64,000 bases of DNA from an uncultured Planctomycetaceae bacterium (GCA_963833985.1 CAWIAD010000001.1:1728001-1792000), one strand, 5' to 3'; counted from the stretch's first letter, positions 41,552-52,870 are shown. Made by a program: numbers and translations. The notes: generated by a model from the sequence alone, not told the origin.

Positions 41552-43102
41552 TCACGGCCTTGTTGTCCCCGGATCGGAGGGAAGAGGGCCGCCCGATGCC
41601 GAGGCACTTGTGTCGAGCACGCGATGTCCCAACGGCGACGCGGCGTCACTGGTCCGCTCGGCGGCCCGTGCGATGCCGCGGGCCATGCCGCGGAAGATTC
41701 GCCGGTGGATCGGGTAGAGCAAGCTCCAGTAGAGCCGGCCCCACAACGGCGTCGGGCGGAAGTACGCCGTCTGGATCAGCTCCGAGCAGTCGCCGCCGGT
41801 GCCGAGCGGGCGGACGCGGAAGTCCAGCCAGGCGTCGCCCGGGACTTTCATCTCGGCGTGCAGCAACAGCCGCTCCCCGGGTATGACATCCTCGACCCGC
41901 CAGAAGTCGATCGCGTCGCCGACGAAGACGTCCACCGGGTCGCGGCGGCCCCGCCGCAGGCCGACCCCGCCAATGGCCCGGTCCATTCCGCCGCGGACCC
42001 GCCAGAGGAGGTCCGCGTAGTACCAGCCCACCTCGCCCCCGATACATCGCACGCGGTCGAACAGGGCCCCGGCCGAGGTGCCGCACGCGACCCGCTGCTC
42101 GTCGCGGATCGGGAAGTCGGCCGGGACGAAGGCCCGCCGCCCGCGATCGCGGCGTGGCAGGCTCGCGTTGGTCCAGCGCGTCTCCACCACGTGGAGCCGC
42201 ACCTCCTCCAGCGCGGACCGTACGGCCGCTTCGAAGCTGACCGGCTCGACGGGGACCATCGCCTGGATCCGGTCGTCCTCGCAGACCGTCTCGGACTTCA
42301 GGCCCTCGATGATCGGGAAGGCGACCGAAGCGGGCACCGGCGTGACCAGGTTCGCCCAGTAGGCCGAGAGCCGTGGGGTGAGCACCGGCACGACGAGGAT
42401 CAATCGCCTCCTCCCGGTGATCGCGGCGAACCGCTCCATCATCTCCTTGTAGGTCAGGACGTCCGGCCCGCCGATGTCGAGGACCTGCCCGGCGGTGGCC
42501 GGGGCCTCCAGGCAGCCGATCAGGTACGCCAGGACGCTGCGGATCGCGATCGGCTGGGTGCGGTTGGTGACCCAGCGGGGGCAAACCATCGCAGGCAGAC
42601 GGGAGACCAGCGCGCGGAGCATCTCGAACGACGCACTGCCCGAGCCGATGATCATGGCGGCACGAAGTTCCGTGGCGGGCACCGGACCGCCTCGGAACAC
42701 GTCGCCGACCTCGTGGCGGCTGGTCAGGTGCTTCGAGAGTCGCTCCGAGCGCCGGCCCAGGCCGCCGAGGTAGATAATCCGCTCCAGGCGGGCTTCGGCG
42801 GCGGCCGAAGCGAAGTTCCGCGCGGCTCGCAGGTCGCGCTCGCAGAACGACCCCTCGCCGCCGGCCATCGAGTGGACGAGGTAATAAGCGGCTGCGCAGC
42901 CGGCCAGGGCCGGGCCGAGCGAGGCGCGGTCGAGCACGTCGCCCGCGACGACCTCGACCTCCCCGGTCCAGTCCCGCCCGCGCAGCCGCTCGGGATCGCG
43001 GGCCAGGCAGCGGACCCGGTAGCCCCTGGACAGCAACTGTGGCACGAGCCGGCCGCCGATGTATCCCGTGGCCCCGGTGACGAGGATCGGCCTGGTGTTC
43101 AT
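41552..43102 (-). CDS. SDR oxidoreductase with DUF2867 (YbjT-like)
   Basis: VTGATGYIG, YYLVHSM, ELRA...GSGSASFE, DFWRVE, AEMKVPG. Confidence 0.9.
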   Translation of the reverse strand: MNTRPILVTGATGYIGGRLVPQLLSRGYRVRCLARDPERLRGRDWTGEVEVVAGDVLDRASLGPALAGCAAAYYLVHSMAGGEGSFCERDLRAARNFASAAAEARLERIIYLGGLGRRSERLSKHLTSRHEVGDVFRGGPVPATELRAAMIIGSGSASFEMLRALVSRLPAMVCPRWVTNRTQPIAIRSVLAYLIGCLEAPATAGQVLDIGGPDVLTYKEMMERFAAITGRRRLILVVPVLTPRLSAYWANLVTPVPASVAFPIIEGLKSETVCEDDRIQAMVPVEPVSFEAAVRSALEEVRLHVVETRWTNASLPRRDRGRRAFVPADFPIRDEQRVACGTSAGALFDRVRCIGGEVGWYYADLLWRVRGGMDRAIGGVGLRRGRRDPVDVFVGDAIDFWRVEDVIPGERLLLHAEMKVPGDAWLDFRVRPLGTGGDCSELIQTAYFRPTPLWGRLYWSLLYPIHRRIFRGMARGIARAAERTSDAASPLGHRVLDTSASASGGPLPSDPGTTRP

Positions 43103-43506
43103 GGTGAGGTCGCGTCTCCCGTCTCCCGCGGCCCGATGAATCCGCCGCCATCCCTGCCGGCCCGAAGCCGGACGAGCATCGCCAGGACCGGCCGGACCTT
43201 CAGCTCCACCGGGTCCAGGCCCAGCCAGGCGGCGAGTCGACCCGGGCGGGTGCCCGCGGCGAGGCGGCCGACCTGGCGCTGGCCCACACGGATATGCAGC
43301 TCCAGTCCGGCCCGGCCCAGCGCCGCCTGGACCCGGCGCAGCCAGGCGCGGCGTTCGGGGCGGCGCATCCGGCGGCGGAGGGCGAGCGCCGCCCGCAGGT
43401 CGGGGATTTCAAGGGCCACGACGTCGCCAAGGAACTTGACGCGGAGCGGCCGGCCGCCGTCGGCGAGGATCGTCAAGTGTCCGAGCAGGTCGAGGGCGGC
43501 TGCCAT
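43099..43506 (-). CDS. Hypothetical protein
   Basis: Operonic with its neighbours (4-bp overlap). Confidence 0.6.
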   Translation of the reverse strand: MAAALDLLGHLTILADGGRPLRVKFLGDVVALEIPDLRAALALRRRMRRPERRAWLRRVQAALGRAGLELHIRVGQRQVGRLAAGTRPGRLAAWLGLDPVELKVRPVLAMLVRLRAGRDGGGFIGPRETGDATSP

Positions 43507-43509
43507 GGT

Positions 43510-43722
43510 TCAGTCCCCGGCGGTGTCGCGGGTGCGGATCTTGAGGACGCCGCTCATCCGCCACCTGGCGTGGGTCGCGTCGGCCGAGGCACTGCTGGGA
43601 ATCAGCAGCTCGAAGTCCTCGAACTCATACGTGATCTCGGCCCCACGTCCGGTCAGGCGGTCGTAGAGGCCAATGGCCAGGTCAGGCCAGGTCTTTGTAT
43701 CGGGCAATGCGGTGGTTTCCAT
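43510..43722 (-). CDS. Small conserved hypothetical protein
   Basis: TWPDLAIGLYDRLTGRGAEITYEF. Confidence 0.7.
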   Translation of the reverse strand: METTALPDTKTWPDLAIGLYDRLTGRGAEITYEFEDFELLIPSSASADATHARWRMSGVLKIRTRDTAGD

Positions 43723-44209
43723 CCGGTTCTCCTCTGGTGTCAGATTGCGAAGCATCCGATCCCGTCGAGACGACTGGATCTACGAATTATCACATTTTAG
43801 CGGATAAGCAAGCCTGGTTATGTCACGACGCGTGGGCGCCGTCCGAGCCCGCGAACTCCACCGAGCACTCGCGGACGCCTTCGGCCAAGGCCGCACCGTC
43901 CCTGACCGTCGATGGGATGTCCTGTTCATGGTGCGACCAGGACAGGGATACTCGGGGCGAGCCCCTCCAGAGTTCCCCTGTAAACATCCAACTTGACTCA
44001 TTTCATGATAGGCAGCCGCCGGGCGGCGTAAAGGATAAGTCTGACGGGTTTCCGGATTTCTTACGGTAGATATCGTCCAAAACCATATATGAATGAAACC
44101 GAATACTGAGGCTGCCCGACAACGCTCTCAGGCCGAACGCATGCCGAGGACGCCCGCGGGGACGCGGCCACTGAAAAGAACGAGAAGGGACCGGACGCCG
44201 GAAACCCAT

Positions 44210-44300
44210 AGTGAGCACGACCCAGGTCGCCGAGGCCCTGAGGGTCGGCATCACGACCGTCAAGCGTTGAGTGGACCAGGGGACCTTGCCCGGGTCAGAT
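44210..44300 (+). pseudogene. Excisionase/MerR-type HTH remnant
   Basis: VSTTQVAEALRVGITTVKR*VDQGTLP. Confidence 0.55.
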
Positions 44301-44397
44301 AGGGCCACCCACACATCGGAATCTCAAAGCGCAGGTGGCCTCGAATGCCGTCCGAATGTCGTGCAGGCCGCGAACTGAGATGTCCAGTGGAGGCGCA

Positions 44398-45144
44398 TCA
44401 GCGGCGGCCGCCGAGCTTCGAGCGGGAAGGGATCCGCCGCATCGGGTCCTGTCGCCCGGTGTTTCGGAGAGGCCCCGCAGCCGGCTGCGGCTTCGCGGCC
44501 GGCCCGGAACCTTTCGAGGCGTCGGCGGATGCCCCACCCTCGACCAGCGCGGGGACGTCCTTGATCAGTGCGAATGAGTCGAGGAACGCCAGCAGGCGCT
44601 GATCGTTCACCTTGGATTGAGCCCCGACTGCGATGACCTGGTACAGCCTTGGCCCAACCACGTAGATGCGCGCACGCCCCCGTCCGGGTTCCGAACTCTG
44701 GACGCTTCGTGCCTCGAATGCCACGTCGCGTCCGGGATGCGTTCCGGAGAGCATCGTCGGCCCGGTTTCGACCACCTTCCAGTTGCCGGCCTGTTCCATG
44801 GCACGCACGGAGTTGTCGAGCATCGGGTCGACCGATCCCTTCGGTTGTGGCCCCTGAGGAAAGTCCGTGAACGTGACGGTGTAGTTCACATGGTCGGCAT
44901 CGTTCATCGTGGCGATGTTCAGAGTCAGGGGACCGGCGGGAGAGTTTTGGGTCTGACGATCAATCTCCGGCGTCCCTGGGAACTGGATCCGGTAGTTCCC
45001 CGCCTCCGAAGTGAAGGCCTGCGGCGTTGCAGCCCTCTGGGCCTCGATCGGGACGGCTATGGGAGCTGGTGCCTGCGCGGTGCTTCCGCCACAACCGGCC
45101 AGGGCGATGGTGAGCAAGACCAAGCCTGTGAAGCGGGCGAACAT
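44398..45144 (-). CDS. Lipoprotein
   Basis: Lipobox LAGC after MFARFTGLVLLTIA. Confidence 0.8.
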   Translation of the reverse strand: MFARFTGLVLLTIALAGCGGSTAQAPAPIAVPIEAQRAATPQAFTSEAGNYRIQFPGTPEIDRQTQNSPAGPLTLNIATMNDADHVNYTVTFTDFPQGPQPKGSVDPMLDNSVRAMEQAGNWKVVETGPTMLSGTHPGRDVAFEARSVQSSEPGRGRARIYVVGPRLYQVIAVGAQSKVNDQRLLAFLDSFALIKDVPALVEGGASADASKGSGPAAKPQPAAGPLRNTGRQDPMRRIPSRSKLGGRR

Positions 45145-45618
45145 GCTTGAGTCCTCTGCGGGGTTTCCGGTGCTGGGTTCACATCGACGGATCATACCAA
45201 CTCTTGCAGTGCGAACGAACAATCGAGTGTTGCCATTTCTCCGCCCGTTGTTGCAAGGATGCAGCCTCGATCTTGGCGACCAAGGGGCAGAACAGCGGCC
45301 GCCGGGTCGCCACGATGAGCGGCACACTTTCAGGAAGCTGATCGGGAAAGCGCTCGACCAGGAACGCACGCCCGCAGTCCCAGGGTGTCGGACCGGGGCA
45401 TCGCGTCATCTTCAGGTTCTTCCCGGGCCGGCGGCTTCCCGGTCGCCAGGTCGCAGGAATGGCGACCACATCCGGAAACCGACGCACGGGAACGCATCCA
45501 TGTTGCTCTTGCCAGAGAAATGCGGATCTGGAATAAACCTCGACCAATCGCTCTTGGATGGACCTGGTCTGCGGGGATCGGTCAACTCGAGGAAGACGCC
45601 AGGAAGGACCTTGCAATC

Positions 45619-46992
45619 ATGATGACATTTCTCGTGCTCATGGGATTGGGGCTGTTTCAGGACAACGACCGGAAGCCCACGGAAAGTGAACTGCACAGCG
45701 CCCACCAGATGCTCTCCGGGGCCTGGCAGGTTGTCACGCTGACAGACAACGGCGACTCAATGGGTCCGGAGCTGGTCCGCCGTAAGATCGTGCAGGACGG
45801 CAGGATCAGTATCGCGAACCGGGTGATCACCCACTTCAACCCGGAGACCGGCGAGACGCGCACCACGGGTTACATCATCAACCCGAGCAAGTCGCCCAAG
45901 CAGATCGACCTGATCACCCCGGAAGAGCGGATCTTGCCTGGCATTTACAAGTTCGAGGGGGACGACCTCGTGGTCTGCTTCGCGAGCCGCGAGGGCCGGC
46001 CCCGTCCCGAGCAGTTCGAGTCGACCAGCGATTCGTTCTTCACGTTGCTGCGCCTGAAGATCGGAAGCGCGGGTCAGCCAGCCGCGCCGCGGCCGGATAC
46101 GAGCTCCCCGGGTGGCGGCCCGGCCACGCGCACGAAGGCCAGGACAGCCTCGCTGTCCACTCCCGCCAGGCCTGAGAGCGACCGCAAGGCCACCCAGGCG
46201 GAGCTGGACCGAGATCGTGCACTGCTCAGCGGCGCCTGGCGGATCCAGTCGATCGTCGATGAGGGCGAGACGCTGTCGGCCGACATCATCCGCACGAAGA
46301 TCGCCGAGGGGGGGCTCGTCCGGATCGGGTTCCGCGGCGTCTCCGCGGTGTCTCCGCGCGACGCCGAGAAACGCATCTGGGCCTACAAGATCGACCCGGC
46401 CAGGTCACCCAAGCAGATGGACGTCACGACCCAGTTCGACACGGTGCTGAAGGCCATTTATCGATTCGAGGGCGATGAGTTCCTCTTCTGTGTGGCCAAG
46501 ACCGAGGACGATGCGCGGCCCACGACGTTCGAGGCTCCGAGCGGCTCGGACCGGATGCTCTACCGTCTCAAGATGGTGAAGCGAGATCCCGCCCAGGCCC
46601 GGCAGGAGGCAGCCGCTCAGGCCCCCGCGCCGGCGCCCCAGCCATCGGCCGAACAGCTCACAAGGCGCAGGGAACAGCAGATCCGCGACATGCTCGTCGG
46701 ATCGTGGAGCATGACCGACCGGAAGGGGAATCTCGTGGCCGTCTTCCGTCCGGACGGCACGTTCACCTCAACCCGGACCTTCGCGAAACGGCGGCTCTTC
46801 GAACCCGACACGACAACCAGCAGCGGGTCATGGGTGTACAGCCAGGGCGTCCTCTCGGCGCGCGTCACCGGCACGACCGACCGGGACATGCTTGGCTACG
46901 GATTCATCGGCCATGTTCAGTCCATCGGCGAGGATGCCATGGTCACCGCCGACAACTCCGGCAAGCTGCTTACGCTCAGGAAGCTGCGCTAA
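45619..46992 (+). CDS. Double TIGR03067 domain protein
   Basis: Two repeats of LSGAW...SPKQ(I/M)D...IY.FEGD...C...RP..FE. Confidence 0.88.
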   Translation: MMTFLVLMGLGLFQDNDRKPTESELHSAHQMLSGAWQVVTLTDNGDSMGPELVRRKIVQDGRISIANRVITHFNPETGETRTTGYIINPSKSPKQIDLITPEERILPGIYKFEGDDLVVCFASREGRPRPEQFESTSDSFFTLLRLKIGSAGQPAAPRPDTSSPGGGPATRTKARTASLSTPARPESDRKATQAELDRDRALLSGAWRIQSIVDEGETLSADIIRTKIAEGGLVRIGFRGVSAVSPRDAEKRIWAYKIDPARSPKQMDVTTQFDTVLKAIYRFEGDEFLFCVAKTEDDARPTTFEAPSGSDRMLYRLKMVKRDPAQARQEAAAQAPAPAPQPSAEQLTRRREQQIRDMLVGSWSMTDRKGNLVAVFRPDGTFTSTRTFAKRRLFEPDTTTSSGSWVYSQGVLSARVTGTTDRDMLGYGFIGHVQSIGEDAMVTADNSGKLLTLRKLR

Positions 46993-47167
46993 GCCGAATG
47001 AGCACATGACCGCAACACGGAGGAAGCGAAAGAGAAGGCCCACTCATTCGTGGGCCGTATTCCCTTCGCCACCGCGATCAACGCCGTGGAAGCCGCAAGC
47101 GTGAACTTCCAACCAGGCCTGACCCTGAAACAGAGCAGTAATCCAAAGGTAGCCAGGCCCCGTCGGC

Positions 47168-48469
47168 TCAGTAGTTGACCAGGGCCTGGTAGACGAGGTC
47201 AGCACGTTGCGGCGTGCCGCGGCCGGTGACCAGGTCGTAGCCGGGGCCGGCGGAGCCGACGCCGTTGGAGCCGGTTGTCACATCGTAGAGTGGTGTGGTT
47301 CCCGCGGTTCCAGAGGCCATGGCGTAGATGGCGGGCAGGGTCTGCGAGACGCCGTCAAGCACTGATTTCTGAGCCGCGACGCGGCCCTGGTTGGCCAGAG
47401 CGAGAAGTGCCGACCAGGACGGCGCTCCCACGCTGGTGCCGCCGTACTGCCCCCAGCGGTAGCCGCCGTAAGAGTCGTACACCGCGACACCCGTGTTCGG
47501 GTCGGCGACCCAGGAGATGTCCGGGTTGGCGCGATAGGAGTAGCTCAGGCCGCTCTGGAAGCTCGGCTTGCCCTCATAGGCACTCACGCCTCCGCCACCG
47601 CCGCTCCAGCCGCTCTCCCCGGTCCATGTGTAGCTGGTGGTGTTGTAACTCAGGGTGGTCCCGCCCACGGCAAGCACATTGGGTGATTCGGCGGGATACT
47701 CCTGCACCCCGCTGTCGCCGGCCGAAAAGACGAAGGTCACGCCCTTGGTGCTGAACGTGCTGTCGTAGCCGGTCTCACCGGAGAACTCACCGCCGCCCCA
47801 GCTATTGGAGATGACCGTGGCGCCATCCTTCACGGCAACGCTGTCGGCCTGGAAGAGCGCGGTGTAGCTGGCCGACGAGGCTTCCACGAGCATGATCTGC
47901 GCCTGCGGGGCAATTGCGTGCATCCATTCGACGTCGAGGGAAATCTCCTGGCCCCAGCCGCGGTTCCCGGCCGGCTTCTTTCCGGATGCATAAACCTTGG
48001 TTAACCAGCTTGTCGCGGCACCGTAGGCCGTGTAGTACGACGTGCTCCCGCCCAGTGTGGTCATGAACTGCTTGTCAAACGTATCTGCATCCTTGGAGAT
48101 ATATGGGTCATCATAGGCATCGACGATGGCAATCGTCTGCCCTTGACCCAGGTTCGTGATCTTGTTCAGACCGTAGATATTTCGCAGCTCCGCTGGAGTC
48201 AGCGCGGTGGAAGGGGGTGACGACGCGGCCGGAACCGGTACGCTGGCTGCGGGGGCGAGCCTGTACAGGAAGGTGTGGGCGCGGTTCGCCGCATTCACCA
48301 CCGAGCTGGCCACCGGGACAGCAACCGGCGCGGGCCCGCTCGCCCGGACCTCGGCCGGAGCGGCGTGACGGTGATGCAGCGCCGCGAACGTGCTCAGCAA
48401 GGTGCGATCCTCGAGACATTGAAGGGACGCACACTGGAACTTGGGAGACGGCCGCCTGGGCGGTTTCAT
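47168..48469 (-). CDS. S53 (sedolisin-like) peptidase, secreted
   Basis: LEDRTLLS motif; EISLDVE, SNSWG, SAGDSG, GGTS, YDLVTGRGTP. Confidence 0.9.
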   Translation of the reverse strand: MKPPRRPSPKFQCASLQCLEDRTLLSTFAALHHRHAAPAEVRASGPAPVAVPVASSVVNAANRAHTFLYRLAPAASVPVPAASSPPSTALTPAELRNIYGLNKITNLGQGQTIAIVDAYDDPYISKDADTFDKQFMTTLGGSTSYYTAYGAATSWLTKVYASGKKPAGNRGWGQEISLDVEWMHAIAPQAQIMLVEASSASYTALFQADSVAVKDGATVISNSWGGGEFSGETGYDSTFSTKGVTFVFSAGDSGVQEYPAESPNVLAVGGTTLSYNTTSYTWTGESGWSGGGGGVSAYEGKPSFQSGLSYSYRANPDISWVADPNTGVAVYDSYGGYRWGQYGGTSVGAPSWSALLALANQGRVAAQKSVLDGVSQTLPAIYAMASGTAGTTPLYDVTTGSNGVGSAGPGYDLVTGRGTPQRADLVYQALVNY

Positions 48470-48774
48470 GGCTGCGGTTCCTGGGTGATGGATCAAGAAA
48501 GAGGAAAGCTCGATCAGTGCGCTGCGGGACCCGGGAGAGAGGCTGCGATGAGATAGCGGATCAAGATAGCGACGCAATCCCCGACCGTCATCAAGTTGTC
48601 GCGTGATCTGGCAAATTCTCAAATGCAATCACGAAGAATAGCATGCATCTCTCTCGCTCGGGGTGAATCTGGATTTCAGTAGGGTAGTACACGGACGAAA
48701 CGGGGCGGCGTAGGATGGCAAGTCTGGCGGGAGCATGATCCGAGTACTTCAGTGATCCAGCCGGGACATGGAAC

Positions 48775-49536
48775 ATGCGAAGCTTCCACGTGGGTTCGAG
48801 CTTGTGTTCGATGCTGGCTCTGATCGGCAGCACCGGCAGCCCGGCCGCTAGCTTCTTGCCGCACGAGTCAGCGGCCGTTGCGACGGCCCAGGAGCGTTCC
48901 TACGAAGCCAGGCGGCGCCAGATGGTCGAGGCACAGATCCGAGCCCGAGGGATCCGCGACCAGGCCGTTCTGGCCGCCCTGGCCAGGGTGCCGAGGCACC
49001 GATTCGTACCCGCCGAGCTTTCTGACATTGCCTATCGTGATGATGCCTTGCCGATCGGGCACGGGCAGACGATCTCACAGCCCTACATCGTGGCGCTCAT
49101 GACCGAGCTGATCGAACCGAAGAAGACCATGAAGGTGCTCGAGATCGGCACGGGGTCGGGCTACCAGGCGGCGATCCTGGCCGAGTGCGTGGGCGAGGTG
49201 GAGACGATCGAGGTGGTGCCCGAGCTGGGCCGGGGCGCGGCCCGACTGTTCAAGGAACTCGGCTACCGCACGGTGCATCCGCGGATTGGCGACGGGTACG
49301 AGGGGTGGCCGGAGCGGGCTCCGTTTGACGCGATCCTGCTCACCGCAGCGCCGCCGGACGTGGTGCCTCAACCGCTGCTCGACCAGCTCAAGATGGGCGG
49401 CCGCCTGGTGGCGCCGATCGGTCGAGGCGACCAGGAGCTGGTGCGCATCACTCGCACGGACCACGGCTTTGTGCGAGAGCTGGTCACGATGGTCCGCTTC
49501 GTGCCCATGACCGGCAAGGCCCAGCAGTTGCGCTGA
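48775..49536 (+). CDS. pcm: Protein-L-isoaspartate O-methyltransferase
   Basis: GQTISQPYIVA, LEIGTGSGYQAA, VRFVPM. Confidence 0.95.
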   Translation: MRSFHVGSSLCSMLALIGSTGSPAASFLPHESAAVATAQERSYEARRRQMVEAQIRARGIRDQAVLAALARVPRHRFVPAELSDIAYRDDALPIGHGQTISQPYIVALMTELIEPKKTMKVLEIGTGSGYQAAILAECVGEVETIEVVPELGRGAARLFKELGYRTVHPRIGDGYEGWPERAPFDAILLTAAPPDVVPQPLLDQLKMGGRLVAPIGRGDQELVRITRTDHGFVRELVTMVRFVPMTGKAQQLR

Positions 49537-49665
49537 GGGCGCGGACCGCCGATCGCTTGCGGTCGCACCTTGAACGGGGAGTGCGGCCGCGGTACAAGGC
49601 TTCAAGGCTTGCGGAACGATCAGGCCGCTGCCGGCGTGCCGGCCGAAAACTCTCGAGGATGCTCC

Positions 49666-51645
49666 ATGCGATGCGACGTCCGGTTCCTGCGATGGGTGGT
49701 GGCGGCATGGGTTCTCGCCTGCGGAGGGGGCCGGGCGCAAGAGCGGGGCGCGGAAACGCGCGGCGATCAGATCGTGAGCGCATTTCTGGCCCATGATGCC
49801 GAGCTGCTGGAGAAGCAGGAGTTCGAGAACGTCGCGACTCCGGACCAGTGGCAAGCCATCCGGCCGCGGCTCAAGGCGGAGTTGTTCCAGATGCTCGGGC
49901 TCTGGCCGGTTCCCGTGCGTACCCCGCTGGACGCGCACGTCACGGGCAGGCTTGAGCGCGAGGGCTCGGTGATCATCGAGAAGCTGCACTTCCAGAGCCG
50001 GCCCGGCCTTTATGTGACAGGAAACCTGTATCGCCCGGCGCGGCCAGCGGGCAGGCTGCCGGCTGTTCTCTACGTGTGCGGCCATTCGGGCCGCGGCCGC
50101 GACGGCAACAAGACGGCGTTCCAGGACCACGGTATGTGGTTCGCCCGCAACGGGTACATCGCGCTTTTGATCGACACGCTTCAGCTCGGCGAGGTCGCGG
50201 GGGTGCATCACGGAACCTACAATCTGGGACGCTGGTGGTGGCAGGCGGTGGGCTACACGCCCGCCGGTGTGGAGTGCTGGAACGGCATCCGCGCCATCGA
50301 CTACCTGATCAGCCGGCCCGACGTTGACCCGGCGCGGATCGGCGTGACGGGGATCTCCGGTGGCGGGGCCGCCACGTTCTGGATCGCCGCGGCCGACGAC
50401 CGCGTGGCATGCGCCGCGCCAGTCAGCGGCATGAGCGACCTGGAAAGTTACGTCTCCCACACAGTGATCAACGGCCATTGCGACTGCATGTTCATGTATA
50501 ATGAATATCGTTGGAACTGGACGACCATCGCCGCCCTGGTGGCTCCCAGACCGTTGCTCTTCGCCAACTCCGACCACGACGCGATCTTTCCGATGGACGG
50601 CAATGTCCGCGTCATGGGCCGGCTGCGCCGGTTCTACGCGCTGCTCGGTCATCCTGACCGGGTCGCCGAGCATGTCAGCTCCGGCGGTCACGATTACCGG
50701 CCCGACCTGAGGATGGCGGTGTTCCGCTGGATGAATACGCATTTGAAAGGGCAGAACGCGGTGGTGCAGGACGCCGCCGACCCTGCGATCGAGGGCAAGC
50801 GGCTACGCGTCTTTCCGGAAGACGGCGACTTGCCGCGCGACTCCAGGAACGCCCGCATCGACGAGGAGTTCGTGCCCCAGGCGGCGCTGCGGCTGCCTTC
50901 CGGCGGTGGCTGGCCCGAGTTCCAGCGTGCGCAGCGGGCCGCACTGCGATCTTGCTGCTTTCGCACCTTGCCCGAGGCTGTCCCCGCGGCCCGGCCGCGC
51001 GCGGCTGGCAGCGCCGGTTCTCCTTCCCCGTCGCGCGTGCAGTGGCTCGAGACCGAGCCCGGCATCCAATCGGCGGTCCTGGATCTGAGATCGGAGCGCC
51101 CGTCCGCGCCGCGAGGCACGCTGCTGGTCCTGAACGAGGGCGAGGCGGTCGATGGGATACCGGACTGGGGACGGCCGTTGACCGGCGAGGATGCGGTGGT
51201 GATGCTGGCACCCCGGGGGGTAGGGCCCACGGCCTGGACGCACCGGTCGCCGCCCAACTATGTGGAACGCGCGCACGCCCTTCTGGGCAGGACCGTCGAC
51301 GCGGGGCGGGTGCACGACACCCTGTCCGTGCTGCGCTACCTGGCGGAGGAAGCCTTGCCGCGGCGGAGCTGGCGCGTCGCCGGCAGCCGCCAGGCCGGAA
51401 TCATCGCCGCCTACGCGGCGCTCTTCGAGCCGTCCGTGCAGGAAGTGATTGTAGTGGACCCTCCCACCTCGCACCGGGACGGCCCTATCTTCCTGAACGC
51501 GCTTCGCCTCATGGACGCCCCGGCCGCGCTGGGTCTTCTGGCACCCCGGCCGCTCCGCCTGATGGGTGCCCGGGAAGCGGCGTGGACGGCGACCAGAAAG
51601 CTGTACGATTCCGCGGCCGCCGGCGGTAAGCTGAGATTTCATTAA
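49666..51645 (+). CDS. Secreted alpha/beta hydrolase (acetylxylan esterase-like)
   Basis: YVCGH, TGISGGG, HCDC. Confidence 0.85.
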   Translation: MRCDVRFLRWVVAAWVLACGGGRAQERGAETRGDQIVSAFLAHDAELLEKQEFENVATPDQWQAIRPRLKAELFQMLGLWPVPVRTPLDAHVTGRLEREGSVIIEKLHFQSRPGLYVTGNLYRPARPAGRLPAVLYVCGHSGRGRDGNKTAFQDHGMWFARNGYIALLIDTLQLGEVAGVHHGTYNLGRWWWQAVGYTPAGVECWNGIRAIDYLISRPDVDPARIGVTGISGGGAATFWIAAADDRVACAAPVSGMSDLESYVSHTVINGHCDCMFMYNEYRWNWTTIAALVAPRPLLFANSDHDAIFPMDGNVRVMGRLRRFYALLGHPDRVAEHVSSGGHDYRPDLRMAVFRWMNTHLKGQNAVVQDAADPAIEGKRLRVFPEDGDLPRDSRNARIDEEFVPQAALRLPSGGGWPEFQRAQRAALRSCCFRTLPEAVPAARPRAAGSAGSPSPSRVQWLETEPGIQSAVLDLRSERPSAPRGTLLVLNEGEAVDGIPDWGRPLTGEDAVVMLAPRGVGPTAWTHRSPPNYVERAHALLGRTVDAGRVHDTLSVLRYLAEEALPRRSWRVAGSRQAGIIAAYAALFEPSVQEVIVVDPPTSHRDGPIFLNALRLMDAPAALGLLAPRPLRLMGAREAAWTATRKLYDSAAAGGKLRFH

Positions 51646-51682
51646 GGGACACACTGGCAAGCGAAGGGTACAGGCAAAACCG

Positions 51683-52870
51683 ATGTTCAATCTCGCCGCG
51701 ATCCAGCAGAGCCTTCATGACTTCAGCCTGGACGGCTGGCTGCTCTATGATTTCCGGGCCGGCAACATGCTGGCGCGCCGGGTACTGGACATGGAGTCGC
51801 GGCCGGCCGGAACGCGCCGGTTCCTGTACATGGTGCCCGCCAGTGGCGAGCCCATCAAGCTGGTGCATCGCATCGAGACCGCCGCGCTGGACCATCTTCC
51901 CGGCGGCAAGCTGGTTTACCTTACCTGGCAGGAGCTGGAGGCCGGTATTGCGAGGCTGGTGTCCGGCCGGCACAGGATCGCGATGGAGTACGCGACCCGG
52001 GTGTCCAACCCCTATGTCTCGAAGGTGGACGGCGGAACGATCGAGGCGGTCCGCGCCTGCGGCGTGGACGTCGTCTCCTCGGGCGACCTCATCCAGCAGT
52101 TCGAGGCCACCTGGGACGAGGACCAGTGGCAGATGCACCTGGAGGCCGAAAAATGCACGACGGCGGCCTACGACCTTGCGTGGGGGCTGATCGCAGAGCG
52201 CGTTCGCTCTGGCGGCACGATCCGCGAGACCGAGGTCCAGTCCGCGATCATGGACCATTTTCAGCGCCAGGGCATGACGACCTACAGCCCGCCCATCGTC
52301 GGCGCGGGAGCTCACAGTGGCGATCCGCACTATGAGCCCCAGGCGGGTCACGATGCGGAGATCGGGCCGGGGCAATTCGTACTCATCGATCTCTGGTGCA
52401 AGGTCGACCGGCCGCGCGCGGTTTATAGCGACCTGACACGGGTCGGTTTCACGGGGGAGTCGGTGCCGGAAGTGTACGAGCGCATCTTCGCGATCGTGGC
52501 GCGCGCCCGCGATGCCGCGATATCCTGTGTGCGAGCGGCTTTTGCGGCCGACCGTCCGCTTCAGGGCTGGGAAGTCGACGACGCCTGCCGGCGCGTGATC
52601 GTGGATGCGGGATATGGTGATTCCTTCATTCACCGCACCGGCCACAATATTGGGCAGGAAGTCCATGGCAACGGGGCCAACATGGATAACCTGGAGACTC
52701 ACGAGGAGCGGCTGGTGCTGCCGCGCACGTGTTTCTCGGTCGAACCAGGGATCTATCTTCCGGAGTTCGGCGTCCGCAGCGAGATCAACGTCTTCGTCGA
52801 CGCGGCCGGCGCGGTGCATGTCACGGGCGGCCTGCAACAGCAGGTCGTTTCCATCTTGTCGCGAACCTGA
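51683..52870 (+). CDS. M24 Xaa-Pro aminopeptidase
   Basis: LIDLW, YSDLT, HRTGH, FSVEPGIY, GVRSE. Confidence 0.92.
   Translation: MFNLAAIQQSLHDFSLDGWLLYDFRAGNMLARRVLDMESRPAGTRRFLYMVPASGEPIKLVHRIETAALDHLPGGKLVYLTWQELEAGIARLVSGRHRIAMEYATRVSNPYVSKVDGGTIEAVRACGVDVVSSGDLIQQFEATWDEDQWQMHLEAEKCTTAAYDLAWGLIAERVRSGGTIRETEVQSAIMDHFQRQGMTTYSPPIVGAGAHSGDPHYEPQAGHDAEIGPGQFVLIDLWCKVDRPRAVYSDLTRVGFTGESVPEVYERIFAIVARARDAAISCVRAAFAADRPLQGWEVDDACRRVIVDAGYGDSFIHRTGHNIGQEVHGNGANMDNLETHEERLVLPRTCFSVEPGIYLPEFGVRSEINVFVDAAGAVHVTGGLQQQVVSILSRT

Noticed and set aside
1609..44270. In-frame TAG/TGA in hsdM, the sigma at 31399, vapC at 41358 and the HTH at 44267 as stop-codon reassignment
   Set aside because: Both codons occur, only in decaying loci, and intact genes here end normally at TAG and TGA.
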